Notes: generated by a model not told the origin, from the sequence alone. Positions 20,229-29,959 are shown, counted from the first letter of the stretch. The stretch: 64,000 nt of DNA from Treponemataceae bacterium (GCA_963678065.2 CAXXVZ010000003.1:1952001-2016000); one strand, 5' to 3'. Numbers and translations are program-made.

Positions 20229-21728
20229 ATGACAGAAGACAACATTATCACCATGACGGGTATAACAAAGCGATTCCCAGGTGTTCTCGCTTTGGATAAT
20301 GCCAATCTGGAAGTGAAAAAAGGCGAAGTCCACGTGTTGCTGGGGGAGAACGGGGCCGGTAAGTCCACATTGATGAAAATATTGGCAGGAGCATACATCA
20401 AAGACAGCGGCACGATCATGTTCGACGGGGAACAAGTGGAGATAGGGTCTCCGAAACAAGCCGAAAAGATCGGGATCAGTATCATCTATCAGGAGCTCAA
20501 TCTCATCCCTGCGCTGACCGTAGCGGAAAACATATTCATGGGCCGACACAAGATGAAAGGGAATATCCAGATAAACTGGAACGAAATGTACTACAGCGCA
20601 AAAAAAATACTCGATGATCTTGAGATCAATATTGACCCAAACGTACAAGTAAATCGTCTTGGTATAGCCCAGCAGCAGATGGTCGAAGTGGCAAAGGCCT
20701 TGTCGATCAATGCGAAGATCATCGTCATGGATGAGCCGACCTCGGCGTTGACGACGCTGGAAATAGAACACTTATTCAAGGCTATTAAAAAACTGAAAAG
20801 CAATGGTGTTTCCATAATATATATCTCGCATAGACTCGAAGAAGTCAAAGAAATCGGTGACAGAAGCACCATCATGCGCGATGGAAAGACGATCGCACAT
20901 GTGGAGCTCAAAGATACGTCCATAGATGAAATCATCAAATTGATGGTCGGTCGTGAGTTGAAAGAAAAATTCCCCAAGATAAAGGTCAATATGGGTAAGG
21001 AGCGATTCCGGGTAGAAAATCTCAGTTGTGGCAAGTCCGTGCAAAACGTCAGTTTTTCTGTCAACGCTGGAGAAATATTTGGAATAGGCGGTCTCATCGG
21101 CGCCGGCCGCACTGAAACAGCGCGCGCCATTTTCGGTTTGGGAAAAAGCACTACCGGCAAGATTTTTGTCGACGGCATAGAATGCAAAATCAAATGTCCG
21201 CGTGATGCCATCGCAGCAGGAATCGGTTTTGTTACAGAAGATCGGAAGAGTGAAGGATTGGTGCTCAAAATGGACGTAGGCACCAATATATCTTTAGCAT
21301 CCCTGAATAAATTCGAGAAGGGTGGCGTTCATATCAATCTTTCGCAAGAGCGTGAGATGGTTGAGGACTATATAATAAAACTGAATATACGAACCCCCAA
21401 TTCTTTTCAAAAAGTGCGCAATCTGTCTGGTGGCAACCAACAAAAAGTAGTGCTGGCGAAATGGCTAGTGCAGAATTCAAGCGTGTTCATCTTCGATGAA
21501 CCGACGCGCGGCATCGACGTCAACGCCAAAATAGAGGTTTATAACCTTATCAACAATCTCATAAGCGCGGGCAAGGTCGTAGTGCTCATTTCGAGTGAAT
21601 TGCCTGAACTTTTAGGAATGTGTGACAGAATTGCCGTGATGTGCCTGGGGTCAATAACAGGCGAACTTTCGCGCGAAGAAGCGACACAGGAGCGGGTGCT
21701 TCATTATGCGATAGGAGGAGACAAGTAA
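20229..21728 (+). CDS. Monosaccharide ABC ATP-binding protein (RbsA-like, tandem NBDs)
   Basis: GENGAGKST; LSGGNQQKV; DEPTRGID. Confidence 0.94.
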   Translation: MTEDNIITMTGITKRFPGVLALDNANLEVKKGEVHVLLGENGAGKSTLMKILAGAYIKDSGTIMFDGEQVEIGSPKQAEKIGISIIYQELNLIPALTVAENIFMGRHKMKGNIQINWNEMYYSAKKILDDLEINIDPNVQVNRLGIAQQQMVEVAKALSINAKIIVMDEPTSALTTLEIEHLFKAIKKLKSNGVSIIYISHRLEEVKEIGDRSTIMRDGKTIAHVELKDTSIDEIIKLMVGRELKEKFPKIKVNMGKERFRVENLSCGKSVQNVSFSVNAGEIFGIGGLIGAGRTETARAIFGLGKSTTGKIFVDGIECKIKCPRDAIAAGIGFVTEDRKSEGLVLKMDVGTNISLASLNKFEKGGVHINLSQEREMVEDYIIKLNIRTPNSFQKVRNLSGGNQQKVVLAKWLVQNSSVFIFDEPTRGIDVNAKIEVYNLINNLISAGKVVVLISSELPELLGMCDRIAVMCLGSITGELSREEATQERVLHYAIGGDK

Positions 21729-21759
21729 TCCGCTAAAATCGGGAAAGGGGATACCAACA

Positions 21760-22722
21760 ATGGAACTGAAAAAAATGCGCATGAGCTCGAACAGCACTAC
21801 GCTGGGTATCACGTCAGCGTTCGTGGCGCTTTGCATCATCCTCGCCATTCTGAGCAGGAATTTCTTGAAACCAGTAAATCTTCTCAATATTCTGCAGCAG
21901 GTTTCCATTAATTTTACGATTGCCATAGGAATGACGTTCATCATTCTTCTCGGGTGCATCGATCTGTCAGTCGGATCGAATGTCGCATTTACAGGATTGG
22001 TCATGGCAATCATGATGAAAACCTTGTTGATGCCTGTCTGGGTGGCAGTATTGACGGGCTTGGTCGTCGCTTCGACAATCGGATTGATCAACGGCTTCTT
22101 GGTGACTTATTTTGATCTTCCGCCTTTTATTGCGACGCTGGGCACCATGTCGATTGCCCGCGGTGCGGCGTATACGATAACTGCGGGACAACCGATTTAT
22201 ACTTTCCCCCAGAATTTCCTGGTGATCAGCGACCGGATTGGAGGCATCCCTCTTTTCGCGATTTTGATCATGATCGTGTTGTTTGTGCTTGGCTGGTATG
22301 TGCTCAAGTACACCCGCCTCGGGCGATATACATACGCCATCGGCGGCAATGAGAATTGCGCAAAACTATCGGGCATCAGCGTGAAAACCGTAAAAACGGC
22401 AGCCTTTGCGATCATCGGATTATGCTGCGGTGTTGCGTCGATCCTGTTGACTTCGCGCCTTGATAGCGCGGTACCGACAAATGCGGACGGTTATGAAATG
22501 GATGCGATCGCCGCTGTCGTAATCGGCGGAACGAGCATGTCTGGCGGCGAAGGTTCGCTGCCCGGCACCTTGATCGGCGTACTGATCATAGGCGTAATTG
22601 GAAACGGTCTCAACCTCCTGAGTGTGCCTCAAGGGGCACAGCGCATGGTAAAGGGACTGATTATTGTCATCGCCGTCATCATCGATGTGATGCGGCGCAG
22701 AAGCGTGGCCAACGCGAAATAG
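21760..22722 (+). CDS. Monosaccharide ABC permease (RbsC-like)
   Basis: IDLSVGS; PPFIATLG; DAIAAVVIGGTS. Confidence 0.94.
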   Translation: MELKKMRMSSNSTTLGITSAFVALCIILAILSRNFLKPVNLLNILQQVSINFTIAIGMTFIILLGCIDLSVGSNVAFTGLVMAIMMKTLLMPVWVAVLTGLVVASTIGLINGFLVTYFDLPPFIATLGTMSIARGAAYTITAGQPIYTFPQNFLVISDRIGGIPLFAILIMIVLFVLGWYVLKYTRLGRYTYAIGGNENCAKLSGISVKTVKTAAFAIIGLCCGVASILLTSRLDSAVPTNADGYEMDAIAAVVIGGTSMSGGEGSLPGTLIGVLIIGVIGNGLNLLSVPQGAQRMVKGLIIVIAVIIDVMRRRSVANAK

Positions 22723-22738
22723 AAAATTCTTAGTAATG

Positions 22739-23437
22739 CTATTCTCCGCCGAGCATAAATTCGACGGCAGCGGAGGCATGAAGAGTCATTGTATCCCAGA
22801 GGGGCAGATCGAGGTCGTCATTCTTCAGTATGAGGGGCAACTCAGTACAACCAAGAATGACTCCTTCGGCACCTCTTTCTCTCAATTTGCGGATAACAGT
22901 TACAAGTTTCTGTTTCGAGGACTCGAGAAAACGCCCACCACAAAGCTCGGAGAAAATGATCCTGTTTATCTCGAGGCGATCGGATTCTTCTGGCACCACA
23001 CTCTCGATCCCGAAGCGCTGGGCCAGCCGATCCTTGTAGAATCCCTTTTCCATCGAATAACGCGTGCCGAGAAGCCCGACGCGACGCACTCCCGAGCGGG
23101 CGATCTCTTTACCCACGGCGTCGGCTATGTGGATAACCGGCAATCCACTCCGCGTGGCTATCTGCCCGGCGAAGATGTGCATCGTATTCGTGGCTATGAG
23201 AAGCCCGTCGACGCGTGAGGCGATGAGTCGATCGGTCTCTTCGAGCAGACCACGCTCCACCGCGTCCCACCGGTCGGCGGCCATATCGTCCGAATAGCTC
23301 TGAAAATCGACGGAAGTGAGAACAATACGTCCGGAATGTACTCCACCGAGACGATCCCGGACAGCCTTATTGATGAGTCGATAGTACTCGATCGTCGATT
23401 CCCAACTCATGCCACCGATGATACCCAGCGTCTTCAT
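22739..23437 (-). CDS. Asp/Glu racemase family protein (YgeA/RacX-like)
   Basis: MKTLGIIGGMSWEST; IATNTMH; ILGCTELP. Confidence 0.92.
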   Translation of the reverse strand: MKTLGIIGGMSWESTIEYYRLINKAVRDRLGGVHSGRIVLTSVDFQSYSDDMAADRWDAVERGLLEETDRLIASRVDGLLIATNTMHIFAGQIATRSGLPVIHIADAVGKEIARSGVRRVGLLGTRYSMEKGFYKDRLAQRFGIESVVPEESDRLEINRIIFSELCGGRFLESSKQKLVTVIRKLRERGAEGVILGCTELPLILKNDDLDLPLWDTMTLHASAAVEFMLGGE

Positions 23438-24870
23438 TTCATCACTCCTCTGCGGGCCTCGTCCCGCGACTTTACGAATGCGCATATCGTTCGATCCACA
23501 TCTTCGTCGGTCGTCATATAGGAGCAGACGCTGATCCGTATCGCCGGCTCATGTTTCCAGGTCGTGGAGCCGCACCAAGCCTCCCCCGAAGCCTGCAGAG
23601 CTCCCAAGGTTTCGCGGGTGAGCGTCGCTTCACCGCAGGAAACGAGCACCTGGTTGAAGCGTACCTCGTTGAGAATTGAAAAACCTTCGCGCTCAAGCCC
23701 CGTCGCGAAGCGGGTCGCCTTGTCACACAGCGAGTCGACGAGATCGCCGACCCCGCGTCGTCCGAGGGCCTTCAGTGTGGCCCAGAGCTCAACCGATCGT
23801 GCCCGTCTCGACATCTCGGGGGAATACCGCATGCCATCCCTATCTTCGGAAAACGCGAAGTACGAGCCGGACATACTCATCGATCGGGCCAGGGCCTCGG
23901 GTTCTCTGCAGAAGATGATTCCGTTGTCGTAAGGGGCGTTCAGTGTCTTGTGCGCGTCGGTCGACCAGGAATCCGCGCCCTCGATGCCATCGACCAGGTA
24001 CTTCCGCGTCCCGGAGGCTGCGGCCCACAGGCCGAAGGCGCCGTCGACATGGACCCAGGAACCGGCCGCGCGGGCTTTTTCGCACAGCGGTCTGAACTGG
24101 TCGAAGGCGCCCGTGTTCACATTGCCCGCCTGCACGATGAGAAGCGTTGAGTTGTCGAATGGCGGCGCCATTTCGGGGATCATCCTCCCCTGATCGTCTA
24201 CGGGCACCACGATGACTCGCTCTCGCCCGAGGCCGAGGAGCGACAGGGCTTTGAATACGGTCGCGTGGGCCTGTCCGCCGACAACAACGCGCAGCTGCGG
24301 CGCGCCGAATAGTCCGCGGGCGCGCTGGTCCCAGCCGGACCGTGCGAGTAGCTCATCGCGGCCGACCGCGAGGCCGCAGAGTGTGGCAGTCGAGGTTCCG
24401 CCGACGAAACCTGCGGCTGTTCCCGGGGGCAGGCCGAGGAGATCGACGAGCCAAACCTCGCAGACAGTCTCGAGCACGGAAGCCACCGGCGATATGACAT
24501 ACAGTGCCGCATTCTGATCCCAGGAATCGGCCAGCCACTTCGCTGCAAGCGCGACCGGAAGCACTCCTCCATTGACGAAACCGAAATACCTGCCCCCCGT
24601 CTGCGCGACTGTCGCCGGCGAGCCGCGCCGGTGAAGAAGATCGAGGATGGCGCCCGGGTCGCCAGGGCCTTCGGGCAGAGCCTCGCGGAACTCCGAGAGA
24701 GCTTCCAGCGCCGTTTTCGAGGGAAACACGGCCCGATCCGCTACAGCGTTCATGTACGCGAGCGCGCTGCGCTGAGCGCGTTCGAAAAGCTCGGCGTTGC
24801 CGACCTGTCGTCTGAGTGTCGCCATCAGGGATTCGTCCTGTGATCGCACAGATAGGGTTTGTGGTTTCAT
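23434..24870 (-). CDS. Group II PLP-dependent amino-acid decarboxylase
   Basis: HVDGAFG; TDAHKTLNAPY (PLP lysine); ATGA overlap with the racemase. Confidence 0.88.
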   Translation of the reverse strand: MKPQTLSVRSQDESLMATLRRQVGNAELFERAQRSALAYMNAVADRAVFPSKTALEALSEFREALPEGPGDPGAILDLLHRRGSPATVAQTGGRYFGFVNGGVLPVALAAKWLADSWDQNAALYVISPVASVLETVCEVWLVDLLGLPPGTAAGFVGGTSTATLCGLAVGRDELLARSGWDQRARGLFGAPQLRVVVGGQAHATVFKALSLLGLGRERVIVVPVDDQGRMIPEMAPPFDNSTLLIVQAGNVNTGAFDQFRPLCEKARAAGSWVHVDGAFGLWAAASGTRKYLVDGIEGADSWSTDAHKTLNAPYDNGIIFCREPEALARSMSMSGSYFAFSEDRDGMRYSPEMSRRARSVELWATLKALGRRGVGDLVDSLCDKATRFATGLEREGFSILNEVRFNQVLVSCGEATLTRETLGALQASGEAWCGSTTWKHEPAIRISVCSYMTTDEDVDRTICAFVKSRDEARRGVMK

Positions 24871-24904
24871 ATGCGCCTCTCCTGGTTTTCGGGATCAGTA
24901 TAGA

Positions 24905-24955
24905 ATTGACATTATATGCAGTCAATAGTAGTTTTGTCTGCAAGACAATATCAAT
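24905..24955. promoter_or_regulatory. Candidate MocR operator array
   Basis: ATTGAC-N10-GTCAAT (24905-24926), TTGTCT-N3-AGACAA (24934-24948) and CAAT repeats between the divergent genes. Confidence 0.55.
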
Positions 24956-24967
24956 TTGGAGTCGCCG

Positions 24968-26344
24968 ATGTGGAGACCACAAGCGCTCGATGACAACAAA
25001 CCGCTCTACATAGCCATCGCCGATGCCTTGGAGCGGGATATCGCCGAGGGGAGACTCGGGCCAGGAGAGAGAATCCCCACCCAGCGCGAACTCGCGTCTG
25101 CCGTGGGCGTTGATCTGAGTACGGTAACGAGGGCTTACGCGGAGAGCGGGCGGCGGGGTCTCATCTCGGCGACGGTGGGGAGAGGGAGCTTCGTGTCTGC
25201 GGACATCGGCGTCTCCGTTCCCCTTGTACGCGGCGGTGCCGTCGATTCCGCCTTGCTCGAGATGGGCTTGGTTCTGCCGCTCTATTCGCTCGAGAAGGAG
25301 ACGACCGCAGCCGTCCGGGCGAGCATAGCCTCGGCCAATCTGGGGCAGTATCTCAGGTACTGCGACCCCCGAGGCCTGGCCGAACACCGCGAAGTCGGAG
25401 CCCAGTGGGTACGACGCTATGGTGTGGAGGCGAGTGCCGAGGACATCCTCGTCGCCTCGGGCACACAGAACGGCCTCGCCTGCGCTCTCATGTCTCTTCT
25501 GAAGCCGGGCGACCGCGTGGCGGTCGAGGCGCTCACCTACCCTGGATTGAAGACCGCAGCTTCCATGCTCGGCATCAAACTCGTCCCGATTCCTATGGAT
25601 TCAGCCGGCCTTTTGCCGGATGATCTGGAGGCTGCATGTCGGAGGGAAGCGGTGCGCGCCCTTTATCTCATGCCCGAGGTGCAGAATCCCACGACGGTGG
25701 CCCTGCCGGAGGACCGGCGCAGGGCGGTGGTCGATATTGTCCACCGCTACGGTCTCATTCTCTTGGAGGACGACGCGTACGGAGATACACGCGAGGACCG
25801 AAGACCCGCCCTGAGCGCAAGCGCGCCCGACAATGCGATTTTCTTCGGCGGCATATCCAAGGTCTTCGGCGCGGGTCTCCGGATTTCCTTCCTTGCCGCA
25901 CCGCATCGCTTCGTCGGCGCCATCGAGCGGGCCATCCTTTCCTCCGTGTGGATGGCGTCGCCGCTTTCCGCGATGATCGTCGCGCGCATTATCCAGAGCG
26001 GCGACGCAAAGACAATCATCGCAGCGAAAAAAACCGAGGCAAGGAGACGATCGGCCCTGGCCGCCAAGAGCCTCGCGACGCATCGCTTCCACTGTCCACC
26101 GGCTGGCTTCTTCGGCTGGCTGGAGCTCCCTTCCGGGTGGACAGGCAAGGAATTCGAACTTGAGGCGAGGGATGCCGGTGTGAGGCTCTTTTGTGCGGAG
26201 AAGTTCGCCGTTGGCGGGCAAAGCCCCGCCGCCGTGCGTCTGTCCCTCTCCGGGCCCGATACCATCGAGGATCTACAGCGAGGCCTGGAATGTGTGTCCC
26301 GGCTTCTGGCAGAAAGGCCTCGTCGGGAGGCAGCCATATTCTGA
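24968..26344 (+). CDS. MocR/GabR family regulator (GntR wHTH + aminotransferase domain)
   Basis: PTQRELA..VTRAY..VGRGSFV; QNPT; EDDAY; ISKVFGAGLR. Confidence 0.92.
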   Translation: MWRPQALDDNKPLYIAIADALERDIAEGRLGPGERIPTQRELASAVGVDLSTVTRAYAESGRRGLISATVGRGSFVSADIGVSVPLVRGGAVDSALLEMGLVLPLYSLEKETTAAVRASIASANLGQYLRYCDPRGLAEHREVGAQWVRRYGVEASAEDILVASGTQNGLACALMSLLKPGDRVAVEALTYPGLKTAASMLGIKLVPIPMDSAGLLPDDLEAACRREAVRALYLMPEVQNPTTVALPEDRRRAVVDIVHRYGLILLEDDAYGDTREDRRPALSASAPDNAIFFGGISKVFGAGLRISFLAAPHRFVGAIERAILSSVWMASPLSAMIVARIIQSGDAKTIIAAKKTEARRRSALAAKSLATHRFHCPPAGFFGWLELPSGWTGKEFELEARDAGVRLFCAEKFAVGGQSPAAVRLSLSGPDTIEDLQRGLECVSRLLAERPRREAAIF

Positions 26345-26354
26345 AGCCATACGA

Positions 26355-27092
26355 TCATTGTCCCGCTTGCGCGTCCTTCCCTTCGTTCCTCTCTGCGACT
26401 ATCCGGGCTATTCTCTCGTGGACCGCCTTCCAGCGGCCGAGCATCTTCGCACGCGCATCCGAGTCAGCGAGCCCCTCCTGGTGTATGGAGATCGTCGCCC
26501 TTCTTCCCGACGCGCGGAGAACGCGGATCTGCAGGATCGAACTCTTCGGCGAGGACGCAAGCCGGAAACGCATCCTCAAATGCGAGAGCGGCGAAAAGGT
26601 CGTGACCTCATAGGCTGTGCCCTTCCCGTCGTTCCATGAAGCGCCGGGGCCATCCCCTTCCAGGACCTCTTTCCGTCCCGTGATGAGCTCATTTCCCCGG
26701 GCCGAGACGAGGAGTTTCCACACCTCTTCGGGGGTGATGTCGTATGTCCTTCGCACTCCCATCTCGAAACCCGATTCCTTTGTGCGGCCAAGCTCTCTGC
26801 TCTCGCCCTCCGTTGCCCGCAATGCGAAGGCCACGGCGACGGCGTGCTTACAGAAATGCGTCTGGGCCTTCCGGCAGTTGCACCGCCAGGAGAGGGTCTC
26901 GCCGTTCCGCTCGAACTCCACGGTCCGCTTCGTTCCGCCCCCTACGCGCGCCGTGATTCCCGATCCGTCGCGCGCAAGGAATTCCACCTCTCCCGCCTCG
27001 AAGAGTTCCCGGCCGAGCCGCTCGTTCGATGGAGTGGCCTTGAAATCCTTACCGGAGTCCAGCAAGGAGACGATGTCCCCGGATGCGTTCAT
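26355..27092 (-). CDS. SWIM zinc finger fused to an SRPBCC/AHSA1-like domain
   Basis: WRCNCRKAQTHFCKHAVAV (CxC..CxH); C-terminal half VRRTYDITPEEVWKLL..ISIHQEGL..W resembles SRPBCC. Confidence 0.7.
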   Translation of the reverse strand: MNASGDIVSLLDSGKDFKATPSNERLGRELFEAGEVEFLARDGSGITARVGGGTKRTVEFERNGETLSWRCNCRKAQTHFCKHAVAVAFALRATEGESRELGRTKESGFEMGVRRTYDITPEEVWKLLVSARGNELITGRKEVLEGDGPGASWNDGKGTAYEVTTFSPLSHLRMRFRLASSPKSSILQIRVLRASGRRATISIHQEGLADSDARAKMLGRWKAVHERIARIVAERNEGKDAQAGQ

Positions 27093-27745
27093 ATGCTTCC
27101 CTCATCGTCCCCTCCGATCGGAAGCGAATCGACAAGTTGAAAATAATACCGCGGTTCGTGGTCCCGATAGAGCCCGGTCCACCCATCCAGTGTGCCGGGA
27201 GAAAAGAGTTCGAGCTGCTCGATGACGAGGCGCGCGAATTCCAGGGGAGCCACACCCGACGCCGTGATCAATCCCCGATCGACGACGGCAGGCTCATTGC
27301 GATACAGAGACTCTCCCCGATACTCGGGCGCGAGGGCCTTGAGAAAATCGAGAGCGTTGCTCGTATGCTTCCGCTCATTCAGGAGACCGGCGCGCGCGAG
27401 GCCGAGAGTGGCCCCGCAGATGGCCGCAACCGGAATGCCGACCTCGAGAAAGCGCCTGGTCAGTCCGATTGCTCCTTCGTGGGCGGAGTTTGACCAGCTG
27501 TCCCCGCCCGGCAATAGAAGAACCACCGCTTCGGTGGGATCAACCTCATCGATTGTCATGTCGGGCACCAGTGTCAGCCCACCCATCGTAACGACCCGTT
27601 CCCTCGTGGTTGCGAAGGTCTTGACTTCGATTTTTCGCGTCCTATCCTTGAAATACCTTCCGCTCTGCAGCTCCGCAGTCAAAAAGCCGATCTCCCAATC
27701 GGCCAAGGTGTCGAAGACATAGAGATACGCGTTTTTCCTGCTCAT
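27089..27745 (-). CDS. DJ-1/PfpI family protein (type 1 glutamine amidotransferase-like)
   Basis: FDTLADWE, LLLPGG, AAICGAT (nucleophile Cys), HTSN; GGGAGGGAG RBS. Confidence 0.9.
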   Translation of the reverse strand: MSRKNAYLYVFDTLADWEIGFLTAELQSGRYFKDRTRKIEVKTFATTRERVVTMGGLTLVPDMTIDEVDPTEAVVLLLPGGDSWSNSAHEGAIGLTRRFLEVGIPVAAICGATLGLARAGLLNERKHTSNALDFLKALAPEYRGESLYRNEPAVVDRGLITASGVAPLEFARLVIEQLELFSPGTLDGWTGLYRDHEPRYYFQLVDSLPIGGDDEGSI

Positions 27746-27779
27746 ACTCCCTCCCTTCACGAAAGATACAGCAGGGTTG

Positions 27780-27794
27780 TGACAGAGTATGTCA
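27780..27794. promoter_or_regulatory. Palindrome TGACA-N5-TGTCA (candidate WYL regulator site)
   Basis: 35 nt upstream of the DJ-1 ATG; a second TGTCATA half-site at 27884-27890. Confidence 0.6.
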
Positions 27795-27906
27795 TATTTT
27801 ATGCGGACACGCATCGTTTTCCGCAATTTCCAGGCATTGCTGAAGGTCCTGTCTTTCCCTGGATTGCCGGATCGCCACAACTTTGTCATACTTATGTCCG
27901 ACCGCC

Positions 27907-28929
27907 ATGAAAAGCCTCGATCGAACCCTCGGCATCCTCCTTCTCCTCCGCAGCGGGCGCGCGGTCTCCGCAGCCGAACTCGCTGCGCGCTTCGAAGTGA
28001 CCTCAAGGACGATCTACCGGGATATAGAGACATTGAGCTCTCTTGGGGTGCCTGTCGCCGCTGAGATGGGAAGAAAAGGCGGCTTCAGGCTCCACGACGG
28101 CTACTTCCTTCCCCCCGTCACCCTCGGCACGGAGGAGGCTGTCTCCCTCCTCCTCGGCCTCGTGCTCATGCGCCGGCTGAGAGTCATGCCCTTTCCCGCG
28201 GAAGCCGACTTCGCGGAGCGGAAACTCCTCGCGGCCCTTCCTGCCGAAACCAGGGCGACCATGGAGCGGGCTTCCCGATTCATCGGCTTCGAGCGTGTGC
28301 CGGCCGATCTCCTCCACCCCGAGTATGACGATCCCCTGGAGCTCCCCGAGTCGGCGAGCAGGAAGGAAGGGGTATTCGTGGGGCGATTCCTCAAAGCTCT
28401 CCTCTCCCGCGCGCGCGTCACCCTGACCTATCACTCTCCCTACCGCGAGCGGGAAGAACCTCGGGAGCTGGAGCCCCGCTGCCTGCTCTGGGACAGGGAC
28501 CGCTGGTACCTCGTCGGCGCTCCACCGACCAGTCCGGACGAATATCGCATGTTCAGGGCCGACAGGGTCCTCGAACTCGGTCCCGGCCGCTCGATGTCTC
28601 CTGTCCATTCGGCATTCGACGCCGACAGGATACTCGAGCGCAAATGGCTCAGGAAAGCGATGGACAGGTGGCGGACGGAATCGCCAGTGCGGATCGCCCT
28701 GCGGCCCGAGCAGGCCGAGCGCCTGAAACGCGACTGGTACTACGGGAACGCCCTTTTCGAGGCGGACGGGAAGGGAAGAATAGTGATGACCTATGGAGAG
28801 TCGTCGCCAGAAAACGCAGCGGAACTCGTGCGCTGGCTCGGCCCCGGAGCGGAGCTCCTCGAGCCGAAAGAATGGAGAAATCTCGTCGCTGCATCCCTCC
28901 TGGAACTTTTCAGGGCGCATGAAAATTGA
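27907..28929 (+). CDS. HTH-WYL-WCX transcriptional regulator (YafY/PafBC-like)
   Basis: ELAARFEVTSRTIYRDIETL; RWYLVG..RMFRADRV. Confidence 0.92.
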   Translation: MKSLDRTLGILLLLRSGRAVSAAELAARFEVTSRTIYRDIETLSSLGVPVAAEMGRKGGFRLHDGYFLPPVTLGTEEAVSLLLGLVLMRRLRVMPFPAEADFAERKLLAALPAETRATMERASRFIGFERVPADLLHPEYDDPLELPESASRKEGVFVGRFLKALLSRARVTLTYHSPYREREEPRELEPRCLLWDRDRWYLVGAPPTSPDEYRMFRADRVLELGPGRSMSPVHSAFDADRILERKWLRKAMDRWRTESPVRIALRPEQAERLKRDWYYGNALFEADGKGRIVMTYGESSPENAAELVRWLGPGAELLEPKEWRNLVAASLLELFRAHEN

Positions 28930-28941
28930 TTCAACTTCATA

Positions 28942-29335
28942 GTGCGGGCGGCCACTGATACAATGTCCGCTTTTCCCTCAAGACGTAAAAGAGATGGCAA
29001 GAGAAGTCAACGGGATGCCGAAACTGGTCGCTTCACGAACCCTGAAAAACCTCTCGTGGGAGAATTCCCACCTGCTGAAAGGCGATCTCGTCCAAGAGGT
29101 AAGGCGGCTCAAACAAGAACGTGGTTCCGGCCTCCTCGTGCTGGACAGCGGCACGATTGTCCAGCAGCTTACCGAAGTCGGCCTCTTGGACGATTACGTG
29201 TTCATCCTGACGCCAACGATTCTGGGAAAGGGCAGAGCCCAGTTCAACCAGGAGAAAAAGGTCGACCTTGAACTTGTCGAATCGCGCGCTTTTGCTTCCG
29301 GCAACATCGTGCTGCACTACAAATTCGTGAAATGA
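28942..29335 (+). pseudogene. Truncated dihydrofolate reductase-like (RibD C-terminal) gene remnant
   Basis: Only the C-terminal ~113 aa are present (PKLVASRTL..W..GLLDDY..PTILGKG). The N-terminus is missing and the GSG motif reads DSG. Confidence 0.6.
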
Positions 29336-29411
29336 TGCCTTGAGCCGCCGATCGCGCGTCATCCTGGCCGTCACTCTTCTCGCTACGCCGTTTCTTCAAG
29401 CGCAAGAGAGC

Positions 29412-29792
29412 TCAACTGCAGGCCGATGACGGCCATTTCCGTCCCCATTGCAGAATGGCGCTCACGACCTCCTGCAAATCACGTCCGGCTTCCGTCAGCT
29501 CATACTCCACCCTGACCGGCGAACCTTCCATCACACGGCGCAGGGCCAGCCCTCGTCCTTCGAGCTCCCTCAATCGCTGTGTCAGAAGCCGATCGGAAAG
29601 ACCAGGGATTGAGCCAAGGAGTTCGTTGAAGCGCCTCGGTCCAGGCATCAGCATATAGAGAATCGCCCCCATCCAGCGGCGACCGATAAACTCGATGGCC
29701 TCATGATATTCCCGGCAGAGAAGCTTATCCGCGTCTGGTTGGCTTTGTCCGAAAAGCGAAACCATGCCATCCCTTTGTGTTTGATTATCCAT
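29412..29792 (-). CDS. HxlR family winged-helix regulator
   Basis: IGRRW..RRFNEL..LTQRLRELE..PVRVEYELTEAG. Confidence 0.92.
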   Translation of the reverse strand: MDNQTQRDGMVSLFGQSQPDADKLLCREYHEAIEFIGRRWMGAILYMLMPGPRRFNELLGSIPGLSDRLLTQRLRELEGRGLALRRVMEGSPVRVEYELTEAGRDLQEVVSAILQWGRKWPSSACS

Positions 29793-29915
29793 ACAATTCT
29801 CTCCTCCATAATCAGTTATTTTTTTTCGGTCGTCTGACGCCTGCCAGATTACCCAGCCCAGGAATGATCTGGAGCAATTTTATCTTGGTTCGGCAATATT
29901 TTATAGCCGGGCTGC

Positions 29916-29959
29916 TTGACAAATGAGCGTATACTTATAGTATGTAGCCTACATACTAT
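29916..29959 (+). promoter_or_regulatory. sigma70 promoter overlapped by a 23-bp palindromic operator
   Basis: TTGACA at 29916; ATAGTATGTAG-C-CTACATACTAT at 29937-29959. Confidence 0.7.

Noticed and set aside
27907..28929. WYL regulator as a marker of an anti-phage defence island
   Set aside because: No nuclease, restriction-modification, toxin or other defence genes nearby; the neighbours are stress or detoxification genes.
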